Source of the DNA: an uncultured bacterium
GTDB lineage: Bacteria; Abyssobacteria; SURF-5
Direction: 5' to 3'
Assembly: GCA_964607485.1 (NCBI GenBank)
Contig: CAZSKP010000038.1
Coordinates: forward strand, 1 to 43,159
Length of the DNA: 43,159 nt
Shown here: in pieces, positions 20,152 to 29,671 of the stretch
How the letters are laid out: each line of letters opens with the position of its first letter
Position numbering within the stretch: position 1 is the first letter of the stretch
Notes under the pieces: model-generated
The model's database searches: none
The model's input: the letters and a program-made list of their open reading frames with translations, nothing else
Told to the model about the DNA's origin: nothing
Program-made: the position numbers and the translations under genes

Positions 20152-21462
20152 ATGGATTACTCGATCAAGACGACGAAATCGAAACGGCTGTTCAAGCGCG
20201 CGCAGAAGGTGATGCCCGGCGGCATCTCGCACAATCTCCGCTACAGCGCACCGTATCCCATCTACATAAAGGAGGCGTACGGCGGCAAGTTTCGCGACGT
20301 TGACGGCAACGAGTTCATTGACTATTGGGACGGGCATTCCGGCCTGATACTCGGTCACAATCCGTCCGAGATAGTGAAGGCGGTCAGGCGCGCGGTCCTC
20401 AAGGGCGTCCACTGGGGGCTCGTGAACAAACACGAGGTCGAGCTGGCCGAGCTCGTGTGCGAGCTCGTGCCGTGCGCCGACGAGGTGCGCTTCTGCTGTT
20501 CGGGCACGGAGGCGACGATGTACGCCGTCAGGCTCGCGCGCGGTTTCACGGGCAGGAACGTCATATTGAAGGCCGAGGGCGGCTGGCACGGAGGCAATAC
20601 GGACCTTACGGTCGCCGTGAGGCCGCCGTTCGACATGGAGGAGAGCATGGGGCTCGTGCCCGAGCTGACGCGTTACACGAAGCATTTCCCCATGAACGAC
20701 CTCGACGCCGTCAAGGCTCTCATACAGGAGAACAAGGACGACTTCGCCGGAATCATCGTCGAGCCGATTGTGACATCCGGCGGAGGAGTCGCGGGCAAGC
20801 CCGAATTCCTGCGCGCACTCCGCGACATAACGCGCGAGGCGGGCGCCGTGCTGATATTCGACGAAGTGATAACCGGCTTCAGGCTTGCGCCGGGCGGCGG
20901 ACAGGAATACTTCGGCATCACGCCCGACCTGTGCACCATGGGCAAGAACCTGTGCGGCGGTATGCCCATCGGCGCCGTCGCAGGCCGACGCGACATCATG
21001 GAGCTCGCGAACCCGCAGCGCTCGTCTGTGAAGAACGAGAAGGTGTACATCGGTGGCGGCACTTACTCAGCGAATCCGTTGTCGATGGTCGCGGGCAAGG
21101 CCGCGCTCACGACGTATCGCGACCGTCGGGACGAGATATATCCCGTGCTCGAGCGCCGCGCCGAGCGGCTGCGCAAGGGGATGCAGGACGCGATGAGGGA
21201 CTGCGGCGTCAAGGCGATGGTGCATGGGATGTCGTCGTTGTTCATCACGCTGTTCCCATACGAAGACGAAGTCCAGATCGACAGCTCGCTGGACGTGTTC
21301 ACGAAGACCGATATGTTCAAAAATATGGAATTCAACTTCAGGATGACCAGCCACGGCGTGTATCTCGTTCACGGCGGCGGTACGCTCTGCACGCAGCACA
21401 CCGACGAGGATATCGACAAGACCATTGAAGCCGCCGCCCAGGTGGCAAAAGAGATGGCGTGA
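20152..21462 (+). CDS. Class-III PLP aminotransferase, glutamate-1-semialdehyde aminomutase-like
   Basis: MPGG, DVDGNEFIDY, SGTEATM.AVRLARGFTGR, LIFDEVITGFR, PDLCTMGK and GGTYSANP. No hem genes are adjacent, so it may be a HemL paralogue. Confidence 0.8.
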   Translation: MDYSIKTTKSKRLFKRAQKVMPGGISHNLRYSAPYPIYIKEAYGGKFRDVDGNEFIDYWDGHSGLILGHNPSEIVKAVRRAVLKGVHWGLVNKHEVELAELVCELVPCADEVRFCCSGTEATMYAVRLARGFTGRNVILKAEGGWHGGNTDLTVAVRPPFDMEESMGLVPELTRYTKHFPMNDLDAVKALIQENKDDFAGIIVEPIVTSGGGVAGKPEFLRALRDITREAGAVLIFDEVITGFRLAPGGGQEYFGITPDLCTMGKNLCGGMPIGAVAGRRDIMELANPQRSSVKNEKVYIGGGTYSANPLSMVAGKAALTTYRDRRDEIYPVLERRAERLRKGMQDAMRDCGVKAMVHGMSSLFITLFPYEDEVQIDSSLDVFTKTDMFKNMEFNFRMTSHGVYLVHGGGTLCTQHTDEDIDKTIEAAAQVAKEMA

Positions 21463-21466
21463 GATT

Positions 21467-21495
21467 TTGTCCTCTTAGGCGGCGCATGCTATAAT
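21467..21495 (+). promoter_or_regulatory. Putative sigma70 promoter of thrC
   Basis: TTGTCC-17-TATAAT with an extended TG. Confidence 0.55.
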
Positions 21496-21534
21496 CGATC
21501 GTGGGAAAACGCTGCAAAGGAGAGTCGGGAAATC

Positions 21535-22872
21535 GTGCAGTACAGGGCCTGGTTCCAGTGCATAGGCGGATGCGAGGGCGAGTATCCGCTGAACGAGATA
21601 ATCTATAGCTGTCCCAAGTGCGGGAACCTGCTCGAGGTGCATCACGACATGGATGTGCTCAGGCAGCGGAGCGGCCCCGCATGGATGAAGCTGTTCGACG
21701 AACGCTTCATGCGGACCGAGTTTCCCTATGGCAGCGCGGTCTGGGGCAAGAAAGAGGTCGTCTGCCCGAGCGTTGACAATGAGAACATCGTGTCGATGTT
21801 CGAGGGCGGGAGCAACCTGTTCTGGGCCGAGCGGCTGGGCAAGCGCGTCGGCGTCCCCGACCTGTGGGTGAAGCAGTGCGGCAACAGCCACACCGGCTCG
21901 TTCAAGGACCTCGGCATGACCGTGCTCGTCTCGATGGTGAAGCAGATGCAGGCCGAGGGGAAGCAGATTCCCGCGGTCGCCTGCGCCTCGACGGGCGACA
22001 CATCGGCCGCGCTCGCCGCGTACTGCGCAGCCGCGGGCATCCGCGCCGTCGTGTTTCTGCCTCGCAACAAAGTATCCATTCCCCAGCTCATTCAGCCGCT
22101 CTCCAACGGCGCCGTCACGCTTTCGCTCGACACCGACTTCGACGGTTGCATGCGACTGGTGCAGGAGGTCTGCGGCAAGAACGACATCTACCTGGCCAAC
22201 TCGATGAATTCTCTGCGGATCGAAGGCCAAAAGACGGTGAGCATCGAGATCGTGCAGCAGTTCGACTGGGAGGTGCCCGACTGGGTGATAATCCCCGGGG
22301 GCAATCTGGGCAATGTGGCCGCCCTCGGCAAGGGATTCCTCCTGATGGAGGAGTTGGGGATAACACGGCGCAGGCCTCGGATCGCCTGTGCGCAGGCCGA
22401 GCGCGCAAACCCGCTCTACCTGAGTTACCTGGAAGGATTCAAGGAGTTCAAGCCGAAGCGGGCGAAAAAAACACTCGCCAGCGCGATACAGATCGGGAAC
22501 CCCGTCAGCGTACAGAAGGCCATAAAGATTCTGAAAAAGTTTGATGGCGTCGTCGAGCAGACGACGGAGGACGAGCTCTCAAACGCGGCGGCGCTTGCGG
22601 ACACCACGGGACTGTTCTGCTGTCCTCACACCGGCGTGGCGCTGTCGGTCCTTTTCAAGCTTATAAAGAGAGGAGTGGTCGAGCCGCACCAGCGGGTCGT
22701 CGTCATCTCGACGGCGCACGGGCTGAAGTTCACCGACTTCAAACTGAGATATCACACCGACAAGCTCCGCGGCGTCGAGCCGCTCCACGGAAACGTGCCC
22801 ATCGAGCTGCCCGCCGACTACGACAAGGTGCTGGATACCATCTACCGCGAGCTCGACCGCCGGGCTGTATGA
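21535..22872 (+). CDS. thrC: Threonine synthase (plant-type subfamily)
   Basis: [46 protein letters not shown] and STAHGLKF. Confidence 0.93.
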   Translation: MQYRAWFQCIGGCEGEYPLNEIIYSCPKCGNLLEVHHDMDVLRQRSGPAWMKLFDERFMRTEFPYGSAVWGKKEVVCPSVDNENIVSMFEGGSNLFWAERLGKRVGVPDLWVKQCGNSHTGSFKDLGMTVLVSMVKQMQAEGKQIPAVACASTGDTSAALAAYCAAAGIRAVVFLPRNKVSIPQLIQPLSNGAVTLSLDTDFDGCMRLVQEVCGKNDIYLANSMNSLRIEGQKTVSIEIVQQFDWEVPDWVIIPGGNLGNVAALGKGFLLMEELGITRRRPRIACAQAERANPLYLSYLEGFKEFKPKRAKKTLASAIQIGNPVSVQKAIKILKKFDGVVEQTTEDELSNAAALADTTGLFCCPHTGVALSVLFKLIKRGVVEPHQRVVVISTAHGLKFTDFKLRYHTDKLRGVEPLHGNVPIELPADYDKVLDTIYRELDRRAV

Positions 22873-22884
22873 GAGCGCAAGGCG

Positions 22885-23097
22885 TCAGGCGGGGGGCGCG
22901 TCGCTCTTCTCCTCCGAGGGCTTTTCGGCAGGTTTTTCGGCGGTTCGGGCGAGGCCGTCGAGGTATTCCTCTACCTTCTTGTTCTTCCGCCTGAGGGAGC
23001 GCATCGCGTCGAGCAATTCCTTCTCCAGCTCATCGGCGCTCTGTTCGTCTTCGTTCTGCTCTTCCGCGCCCGGTTCATCGGGCAGATTCTCCGTCAT
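22885..23097 (-). CDS. Small acidic coiled-coil hypothetical protein (70 aa)
   Basis: ATGA overlap with the upstream ORF, GAGG RBS, host-like codon use. Confidence 0.6.
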   Translation of the reverse strand: MTENLPDEPGAEEQNEDEQSADELEKELLDAMRSLRRKNKKVEEYLDGLARTAEKPAEKPSEEKSDAPPA

Positions 23098-23498
23098 TGC
23101 TCTTCCTCGATTTCCGTTTGTTCTTCGGGTGCGTGCTTGCGGCGCGGCTGGAAGTTATATCTGGGCGCATCGGATTGTCCGGGCGGGCAGGCTTCCTCCC
23201 AACCCGGGGGCGGCCCGAGGTCGGATTCGCTCCTCATGCCGAAGTCCTCTCCCGTGGCCGATCTGTCGAACACATCCGGCTTGTCCCCGAACACCTCTCT
23301 TGCGCCCGGCGACGAGATGAGCGCGTGGGCGGGCTTGAAGATCGCATGGTAGAGGACGAATCCCACGGGATGCAGGATGTAGGCGGCCACTCGCAACGGG
23401 TGGCCCGCTTCCTCAGGCTCGAGTTCGTGCGCCAGCGCCGGCTGCGCACACGCCAGCGACACGGCGATAGAGAGGCAGACGGCAAATCGTTTCTTCAT
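23094..23498 (-). CDS. Exported hypothetical protein (134 aa)
   Basis: Signal peptide MKKRFAVCLSIAVSLACAQPALA, strong RBS (GGAGGGG) and an amphipathic HPLR..AY.LHPVG..L..AIF.P motif. Confidence 0.7.
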   Translation of the reverse strand: MKKRFAVCLSIAVSLACAQPALAHELEPEEAGHPLRVAAYILHPVGFVLYHAIFKPAHALISSPGAREVFGDKPDVFDRSATGEDFGMRSESDLGPPPGWEEACPPGQSDAPRYNFQPRRKHAPEEQTEIEEEQ

Positions 23499-23538
23499 GT
23501 TTGTCCCCCTCCAATCTCATCGTGTGAAGCGGTGAGGT

Positions 23539-23832
23539 CTATTTTTTGCCGGGCTGTGACTTCTGCTCGCTGTTCTGTCGGCTCGCCCGTGTGTGGTACA
23601 GCATCAAGAAGTACACCACGGCGCAGGCCGAGAGCAGTATTATTCGGAGAGCGACGACGCCCGCGCTGGGCCAGCGGTCGCCGGGTCCTTGGGTCACGAT
23701 TGAGAGAATCGCGATTGCGACGAAGGTTCCTCCGATCATAAGCGCCTTGATGAATCTGCTTCGCCTATTGTTCTTTCCCGTTTCTTCCTGCGGGCTCTTC
23801 TTCTTTGCAATCGCCTGTGCTTTGGCAGCCAT
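23539..23832 (-). CDS. Small 2-TM hypothetical membrane protein
   Basis: Basic termini, two hydrophobic helices, AAGGA RBS; co-oriented with its neighbours. Confidence 0.65.
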   Translation of the reverse strand: MAAKAQAIAKKKSPQEETGKNNRRSRFIKALMIGGTFVAIAILSIVTQGPGDRWPSAGVVALRIILLSACAVVYFLMLYHTRASRQNSEQKSQPGKK

Positions 23833-23856
23833 GCTGTTATCCTTGCGGCGCGGCGT

Positions 23857-24879
23857 CTACCGTGTCGCCCTTGCAATGAGAGGAATTCTGCGAGGGCCAG
23901 GAGAGGCCGCCTCGTCGGTCAATATTTTTTCGTCGGACCCCGACATGAAATCGAGGACGGCGACGGTGAATTCACCCGGCTTCTCTTCCTGCGGCAGGTG
24001 TCCGCATTGGGGGATTATCACGAGTTTCGACCCGGAGATGTCTCGATGAAACTTTTCGGCGTCTTCCGGGGGTATCCACGTGTCGTTTGCGCCCCAGACG
24101 ATGAGCGTGGGCAGACTGAGTTCGGGGATTCTGACCCGCCATTCTTCGATCTTGGACCTGGGGCTTCTTATCCTCGCCAGAACCGCGCGCATCCCTCCGT
24201 CGGTTCGCAGGGAATAATAGTAAGTGTCAACGGTCCTGTCGGTCACCTTCGCATCGTCGAAGTACGCGCTCTCGAGCGAATCGCGGATACGGCCTCGTGT
24301 GGTGAGGCCCCCCAGCAGCTCACCCACGCCGGGCAGTCTCCCGATACGAATGGTCAACGGCAAGCCGGTGCGGCTTGACGGATAGCCGGCCGCGTCAACA
24401 AGGATGAGCTTCTCCACCCTGTCGGGATACTTGAGCGCCGCCCGCCAGGCGATGTTGCCGCCCATCGAATTGCCGCACAGCGTTGCCCTCTCCAGCCCGA
24501 GCGCGTCCATAAAATGAATCACGAAGTCAACGTATTCGTCGATCGTGTATTGGGAGACCGGCTTGCCGGAGAAGCCGAAACCCTTCAGATCGAGTGCGAA
24601 GACCCTGTATTGCTTCGAGATGGGCTCCAGGCATGACCGCCATGTGTAAAGGGAGGAAGAGAATCCGTGGATGAAAACTATCGGTTCTCCCCCTTCGCCC
24701 ATCGTCACGTATCTCGTCCTCACGCCGTCCACCGTGGTGAAGAGCGAATCGGGCTCGATCACTCCCAGATCCTTCAGCTTTTGCTCGGACAGAGGTCGTG
24801 ATATGATCAGCCCGAACGCGATGAGCGCAACGAACGCGGCGATACAGATTCCGATAGCGACACCCAATTTTCTGAGCAC
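23857..24879 (-). CDS. Membrane-anchored alpha/beta hydrolase
   Basis: FIHGF, DLKGFG.S, GNSMGG nucleophile, WGAND and GHLPQEE. Start reassigned to GTG 24879. Confidence 0.9.
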   Translation of the reverse strand: MLRKLGVAIGICIAAFVALIAFGLIISRPLSEQKLKDLGVIEPDSLFTTVDGVRTRYVTMGEGGEPIVFIHGFSSSLYTWRSCLEPISKQYRVFALDLKGFGFSGKPVSQYTIDEYVDFVIHFMDALGLERATLCGNSMGGNIAWRAALKYPDRVEKLILVDAAGYPSSRTGLPLTIRIGRLPGVGELLGGLTTRGRIRDSLESAYFDDAKVTDRTVDTYYYSLRTDGGMRAVLARIRSPRSKIEEWRVRIPELSLPTLIVWGANDTWIPPEDAEKFHRDISGSKLVIIPQCGHLPQEEKPGEFTVAVLDFMSGSDEKILTDEAASPGPRRIPLIARATR

Positions 24880-25037
24880 TGTCTCTTCTCTCGTTGTACC
24901 TGAGGCGCCTGGCCTCTTTCGGCGTATTCTAACACCTAGCGTGTGCGATGTCAAAGCGAACCGACCCGAAATTATCGACCGAATTTCCCGCCTTCATCCC
25001 ATTCGACACATGGGTGTCGTATGGGCGCAGTGCGATG

Positions 25038-25066
25038 TTGACACCCGCAGGAGCCTGTGCTAACCT
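25038..25066 (+). promoter_or_regulatory. Putative sigma70 promoter
   Basis: TTGACA-17-TAACCT with an extended TG. Confidence 0.55.
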
Positions 25067-25104
25067 GAATCAAGCAGGGCTGTTGGAGAGGCTTATTTGG
25101 AGGG

Positions 25105-25380
25105 ATGCGCGAAATGCATAAGCTCAAGATTACCATCAGGTCCGTCGCGGGAAACTGCGCGGCGGGCTACAAGGTGGGCGACTATTTTCTCGTGAAAGAG
25201 CCGATGCTCATTCCCGCACAGCCGAAGGGACTGTGCATGTACGCGGTCGCGGCGATTCTTCCCTACCTCACCGCGTACTACCGCGACACACCGCCTGAGG
25301 ACTGGATCAACAGGAAGGCGCAGCTACAGTGCCCCGACTCCACTAACACAGTCGTCTTCGGGCTGGAAAGGGTGGAATAA
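25105..25380 (+). CDS. TIGR04076-like small Cys-containing protein
   Basis: G.C.AG.KVGD.F, LC..A, CPD...VVF..ER pattern. Confidence 0.7.
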   Translation: MREMHKLKITIRSVAGNCAAGYKVGDYFLVKEPMLIPAQPKGLCMYAVAAILPYLTAYYRDTPPEDWINRKAQLQCPDSTNTVVFGLERVE

Positions 25381-25405
25381 CATCGTCAAGGATTCGACCT
25401 CGCTC

Positions 25406-26209
25406 ATGCAGAAGCGACTGTCCGAGCTGGTGTTTGTCGCCTTCGACGTGGAGACGACCGGCCTCGATTCGCAGGTGCACCGGATAGTCGAGGTCGGCGC
25501 GGTCAGGTTTGGCCGCGACGGTACCCGCGAAACGTACGAACAACTTGTCAACCCCGGCGGCCCGATGCCCTTAGATGCAAAGGCGATACACGGAATCACC
25601 GACGAGATGGTCGCCGGAAGCCCTCCTATAAGCTCAATCCTTCCCGATACTGTCCGCTTCTTCGGCGATTCCGTACTGGTCGCGCACAACGCCCAGTTCG
25701 ACATCGGCTTCTTCAACGCGGCCTTCGCCGAGGCGGCTCTCGAGCCTCTGCCGAACCCCATCCTCTGCACCCGCGAGCTCGCGCGCAGCCTGTTCCCCGG
25801 ACTGCCGGACTACAAGCTGACGACGCTCGCCAGGACTCTGCGGATTCCTCCGAGCGAACACCATCGCGCAGTGGCCGACGCGGGCACGAGCGCGGCGGTG
25901 TTCGCGCGGTGCGTCGAACGCACATCCGCGACGTGGGGCACGACCCTCGGCGAGCTGCTCCGCCGCCACGGCCCGATCTTCCGGTTCGGAAAAACGCCGG
26001 CCCAAACGCTGCAAGCGATACGGGACGCGCTGGAGACCCGCAAGTCCTTGCGCATCGAGTATAAGGGCGCAAACGGCAGATTCACCCTTCGCAACATCAC
26101 GCCGCTGACAATCGAGGAACGCGGCCGCACCGTGAAGATCGTCGCCTACTGTCATCTCCGCCGCGAGAACCGCACCTTCCGGCTCGACCGCATCACGAGG
26201 ATACTGTGA
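25406..26209 (+). CDS. DEDDh (DnaQ-like) 3'-5' exonuclease fused to a C-terminal WYL domain
   Basis: FDVETTG, VAHNAQFD and HRAVADA; C-terminal IEY...T.R.ITP...AYCHLR.E.RTFRLDRI. Confidence 0.85.
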   Translation: MQKRLSELVFVAFDVETTGLDSQVHRIVEVGAVRFGRDGTRETYEQLVNPGGPMPLDAKAIHGITDEMVAGSPPISSILPDTVRFFGDSVLVAHNAQFDIGFFNAAFAEAALEPLPNPILCTRELARSLFPGLPDYKLTTLARTLRIPPSEHHRAVADAGTSAAVFARCVERTSATWGTTLGELLRRHGPIFRFGKTPAQTLQAIRDALETRKSLRIEYKGANGRFTLRNITPLTIEERGRTVKIVAYCHLRRENRTFRLDRITRIL

Positions 26210-26226
26210 AACTCCGCGATTGCGAC

Positions 26227-26287
26227 GGGGACTGTCCCAAGAATTACGGCCCGAGCTTGTCGAGGGCGTAGATTCGGGACTGTCCCC
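26227..26287. repeat. Two GGGACTGTCCC palindromes around a CCCGAGCTTGTCGAGGG hairpin
   Basis: GGGGACTGTCCC 26227-26238, CCCGAGCTTGTCGAGGG 26250-26266 and GGGACTGTCCCC 26276-26287. Confidence 0.65.
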
Positions 26288-26349
26288 GGAGCGAAACAAT
26301 AGCGGTTCAAGTATAAGGCAGAGTCCCCGCCGCGCGCCGAGAAATCGCG

Positions 26350-26378
26350 TTGAAAAAGTGCCGGGGTTCTGGTATAAT
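26350..26378 (+). promoter_or_regulatory. Putative sigma70 promoter of yebC-ruvCAB
   Basis: TTGAAA-17-TATAAT with an extended TG. Confidence 0.6.
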
Positions 26379-26500
26379 TCAGCAGGTGAGTGTGTCAATA
26401 CGAGCCGATGCGGCGGGGTGGCGGCGGCGGAGAATTGACCGGCCGAGCTGAAGCTTTCGGCACGGTTGCACGATTCCCGTTGCGGGAGGGAAAAACTTCT

Positions 26501-27250
26501 ATGTCCGGGCATTCGAAATGGAGTAAAGTCAAGCACATCAAGGCGCGCGAAGACGCGAAGCGCGGCAAGATTTTCTCGAAACTCATCCGCGAGATCATGG
26601 TCGCGGCTCGCGACGGCGGCGGCGACCCCGCGTTTAATCCCCGCCTGAGAACCATCATCGCCACGGCCAAGGCGGCCAACATGCCTAACGACAACATCGA
26701 CCGCGCGATAAAGAAGGGCACGGGCGAGCTCGGCGGAGTCTCATTCGAGGAGAGCACATACGAGGGCTACGGCCCCGGCGGCGTTGCGATTATGATGGAT
26801 GTTCTCACCGACAACAAGAAGCGGACGGTCGCGGAGATCAGGCATATCATGAGCCGCAACAACGGTAGCCTCGGCGAGGGCGGATGCGTGGCCTGGAACT
26901 TCGAGAAGAAGGGCCTGATAATGATCGAGGCGCCCGGCGTGTCGGAGGAGACGCTGTTCGATGTCGCGCTCGACGCGGGCGCGGAAGACATTCGCTCCGA
27001 GGGCGATACGCATGAGATCATCACCGCGGCCAATGACGTGATGGACGTGAAAGAGACGCTTGAGGGCAAGGGCATCGCCGTCGCGAGCGCCGAGATCACG
27101 ATGCTGCCGAAGAGCACCGTGCGTCTGGACGGAAAGACGGCCGAGTCGGTCCTGAAGCTGATGGACGCGCTTGAGGAGCACGACGACGTCCAGCACGTGT
27201 ACTCCAATTTCGATATTCCGGAAGAAATAATGGCCAAGATTGGAGGCTGA
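26501..27250 (+). CDS. yebC: YebC/PmpR-family protein
   Basis: MSGHSKW..., YEGYGPGG, TDN..RT and DDVQ.VYSN. Start reassigned to ATG 26501. Confidence 0.96.
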   Translation: MSGHSKWSKVKHIKAREDAKRGKIFSKLIREIMVAARDGGGDPAFNPRLRTIIATAKAANMPNDNIDRAIKKGTGELGGVSFEESTYEGYGPGGVAIMMDVLTDNKKRTVAEIRHIMSRNNGSLGEGGCVAWNFEKKGLIMIEAPGVSEETLFDVALDAGAEDIRSEGDTHEIITAANDVMDVKETLEGKGIAVASAEITMLPKSTVRLDGKTAESVLKLMDALEEHDDVQHVYSNFDIPEEIMAKIGG

Positions 27251-27315
27251 GCGGCATCTCCGGAAACGGCGGCAGCTCAATCGTTCGGGCCGAAAAGCGC
27301 TCGAACGCAAGAATC

Positions 27316-27822
27316 ATGGGCGTGGACCCCGGCCTCGCCGCTACCGGCTACGGAGTGATCGGGGCATCGGGCCGACAGCCCTCTCTCATCGAGGCCGGAG
27401 TGCTCCGCAGCCGCGAGAAAGACCCTCTTGAAAAGAAGCTTCTCGAAATTCATCGAGGCATAGACGAAGTAATCCGCGAGTTCGCACCCTCCGTTGTGGT
27501 CGTAGAAGAACTGTACAGCAAGTATGCGCATCCCCGAACGGCGATCCTTATGGGCCATGCACGGGGCGTCATCTACGCCGCGGCAGCCGCGCGAGGGGTT
27601 CCCGTCGTGAGCTACGCATCGACACGCATCAAGAATTCGCTCACCGGACACGGCAGAGCGAGCAAGGAGCAGGTTCAGCGGATGGTGCAGCACACCTTCG
27701 GCCTGCACAAGGCTCCTCATCCACCCGACGTGGCGGATGCGCTGGCCGTGGCGCTGTGTCATCACAATGTGCTCATGCACGGACACGACGTGCTGTCACC
27801 CGCAAGGCCGGTGCGCCGATGA
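27316..27822 (+). CDS. ruvC: Holliday junction resolvase RuvC (true start probably upstream)
   Basis: GVDPG...TGYG, VEE, GHARG, G.A.KEQV and D.ADALAVALCH. Confidence 0.95.
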   Translation: MGVDPGLAATGYGVIGASGRQPSLIEAGVLRSREKDPLEKKLLEIHRGIDEVIREFAPSVVVVEELYSKYAHPRTAILMGHARGVIYAAAAARGVPVVSYASTRIKNSLTGHGRASKEQVQRMVQHTFGLHKAPHPPDVADALAVALCHHNVLMHGHDVLSPARPVRR

Positions 27823-28454
27823 TCTCCAGAATAACGGGCAAGCTCATCCAACTGCGTGAGGACAGGGCGACCGTCGAGCATAACGGCATCGCCTACGATC
27901 TTCTGATTCCCAGCGGAATCGTCCATCGCCTGCGGGGGATGCGGGGCAGGGAGGTCACCTTCTACACGTTTCACTACCTTGAGGGAGGGATGGGCGTGTC
28001 GAATCCCATTCCCCGGCTCGCGGGTTTCACGAACGACATCGAGCGCGAGTTCTTCGAGAAGCTCATCACCGTCCCGGGCATGGGCATACGCGTGGCGCTG
28101 AAGGCGCTCTCCGTGCCGGTCCAATCGATAGCGAGGGCGATAGAGACCAAAGACGTCGCCGCGCTCGTCTCGCTGCCCGGCGTCGGCAGGCGCACCGCCG
28201 AGAAGATCATCGCCGAACTGAACGGCAAGCTGGCCAAGTTTGCGCTCCTTCGGGACGACGAGGAGATACGCGAGCCGGCTCATGAGCCCGACTTCAAGGA
28301 TGAGGTCGTCGAGGTGTTGCTGCAGTTGGGATATTCGCAGGCCGAATCGGAGATGCTGCTCAGGCGGGCGCTTTCGTCCGACACTCACGCCGACACGGCC
28401 GAGGAGCTCATTCGCGAGATTTTCAGGCAGCAGCGCGAGATAAAGACAGGTTAA
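27819..28454 (+). CDS. ruvA: Holliday junction branch-migration protein RuvA
   Basis: MISRITG, L.GF, V.G.G...A, PGVGRRTAEKII.EL and L.QLGY. ATG 27819 overlaps the ruvC stop. Confidence 0.95.
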   Translation: MISRITGKLIQLREDRATVEHNGIAYDLLIPSGIVHRLRGMRGREVTFYTFHYLEGGMGVSNPIPRLAGFTNDIEREFFEKLITVPGMGIRVALKALSVPVQSIARAIETKDVAALVSLPGVGRRTAEKIIAELNGKLAKFALLRDDEEIREPAHEPDFKDEVVEVLLQLGYSQAESEMLLRRALSSDTHADTAEELIREIFRQQREIKTG

Positions 28455-28463
28455 GACAACACC

Positions 28464-29489
28464 ATGACGCGCGAACGCATAGTTGATGGAAGGCCGCTGT
28501 CGGAGGTTGACGAAACCTTCAGTTGGAGCCTCCGCCCGAAGACGCTTTCGGAATACATAGGCCAGCGCAACGTGGTGGAGAAGCTTTCCATCTCCATTCA
28601 GGCCTCGAAGGCGCGGGGCGAGCCACACGAGCATGTCCTCTTCTACGGGCCGCCCGGCCTGGGCAAGACGACGCTCGCGACCGTCATCGCGAACGAGATG
28701 GGCACCAACATGGTCGCGACGTCGGGGCCGGCGCTGGAGCGGACGGGCGACCTCATGGGTCTGCTCACCAACCTCGAACACGGAGACGTTCTGTTCATCG
28801 ACGAGATTCACCGGCTGCCGCGCGTGCTGGAGGAGTTCGTGTACCCGGCGATGGAGGATTACCAGGTCGATTTTCTGGTGGACAAGGGCGCGTTTGCGAA
28901 AACCATTAAGGTGCAGCTCAAGCATTTCACGCTCGTCGGCGCGACGACGCGCGCCGGCTTCCTGACGGCCCCGTTCAGGGAACGGTTCGGTATCTACCAC
29001 TATCTCGATTTCTATCCGCCCGACGAGATCGCCCAGATTCTGGAACGTTCGGCCCGGATACTGGGCATCGAGATCGACCAGCCGGCTATCGAGCAGGTGG
29101 CCGCGAGGGCGCGAGGGACGCCGCGCGTTGCCAACCGCCTGCTCAGGCGCGTGCGCGACTTCGCCGAGGTCAGGCACGACGGCCGCGTCGAGGAACGGAT
29201 AGCCGTCGAGGCGCTCGAACTCGAAGGAGTGGACGCCCGCGGGCTCGACGAGCTGGACCGGAAGTTTCTGCACACGATAATCGAAAATTACGGCGGCGGG
29301 CCCGTCGGCATCACGGCGCTCTCGGCCTCGCTGAACGAAGAAACGGACACGCTCGAAGACATGGTCGAGCCGTACCTCCTCAAGATAGGATTCCTGAATC
29401 GCACACGTCAAGGCAGAATCGCGACCGAACGCTCATTCGAACACCTCGGCCTCAAGCGCGGCGGCGCATCTCAGAAAGAGCTGTTCTAA
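28464..29489 (+). CDS. ruvB: Holliday junction DNA helicase RuvB
   Basis: LRPK...YIGQ, GPPGLGKTT, FIDEIHR, GATTRAG, RGTPR.ANRLL and EPYL. Confidence 0.98.
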   Translation: MTRERIVDGRPLSEVDETFSWSLRPKTLSEYIGQRNVVEKLSISIQASKARGEPHEHVLFYGPPGLGKTTLATVIANEMGTNMVATSGPALERTGDLMGLLTNLEHGDVLFIDEIHRLPRVLEEFVYPAMEDYQVDFLVDKGAFAKTIKVQLKHFTLVGATTRAGFLTAPFRERFGIYHYLDFYPPDEIAQILERSARILGIEIDQPAIEQVAARARGTPRVANRLLRRVRDFAEVRHDGRVEERIAVEALELEGVDARGLDELDRKFLHTIIENYGGGPVGITALSASLNEETDTLEDMVEPYLLKIGFLNRTRQGRIATERSFEHLGLKRGGASQKELF

Positions 29490-29558
29490 TAACGTTGGGG
29501 TCAGGTCTTCAGGGCGTGTTGCTCAAATAATTTCTCACACGACGTTGTTCCTATGTCT

Positions 29559-29658
29559 TGTCATTGCGAGGAGCGAAGCGACGAAGCAATCCCGATGATA
29601 TCCGGGAGACGCCTCTGGGATTGCTTCGGTCGGGTCGTTGACCCTCCCTCGCAATGAC
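29559..29658. repeat. REPIN-like inverted doublet (TGTCATTGCGAG...GCAATC family)
   Basis: TGTCATTGCGAGGAGCGAAGCGACGAAGCAATCCC facing GGGATTGCTTCG...CCTCGCAATGAC. Confidence 0.8.
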
Positions 29659-29671
29659 CGAAGGTTTTTCC

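Noticed and set aside
20152-21462. Assigning the gene symbol hemL
   Set aside because: Divergent at typical HemL motifs (e.g. KAEGGWHG) and no hem gene context, so left at family level.
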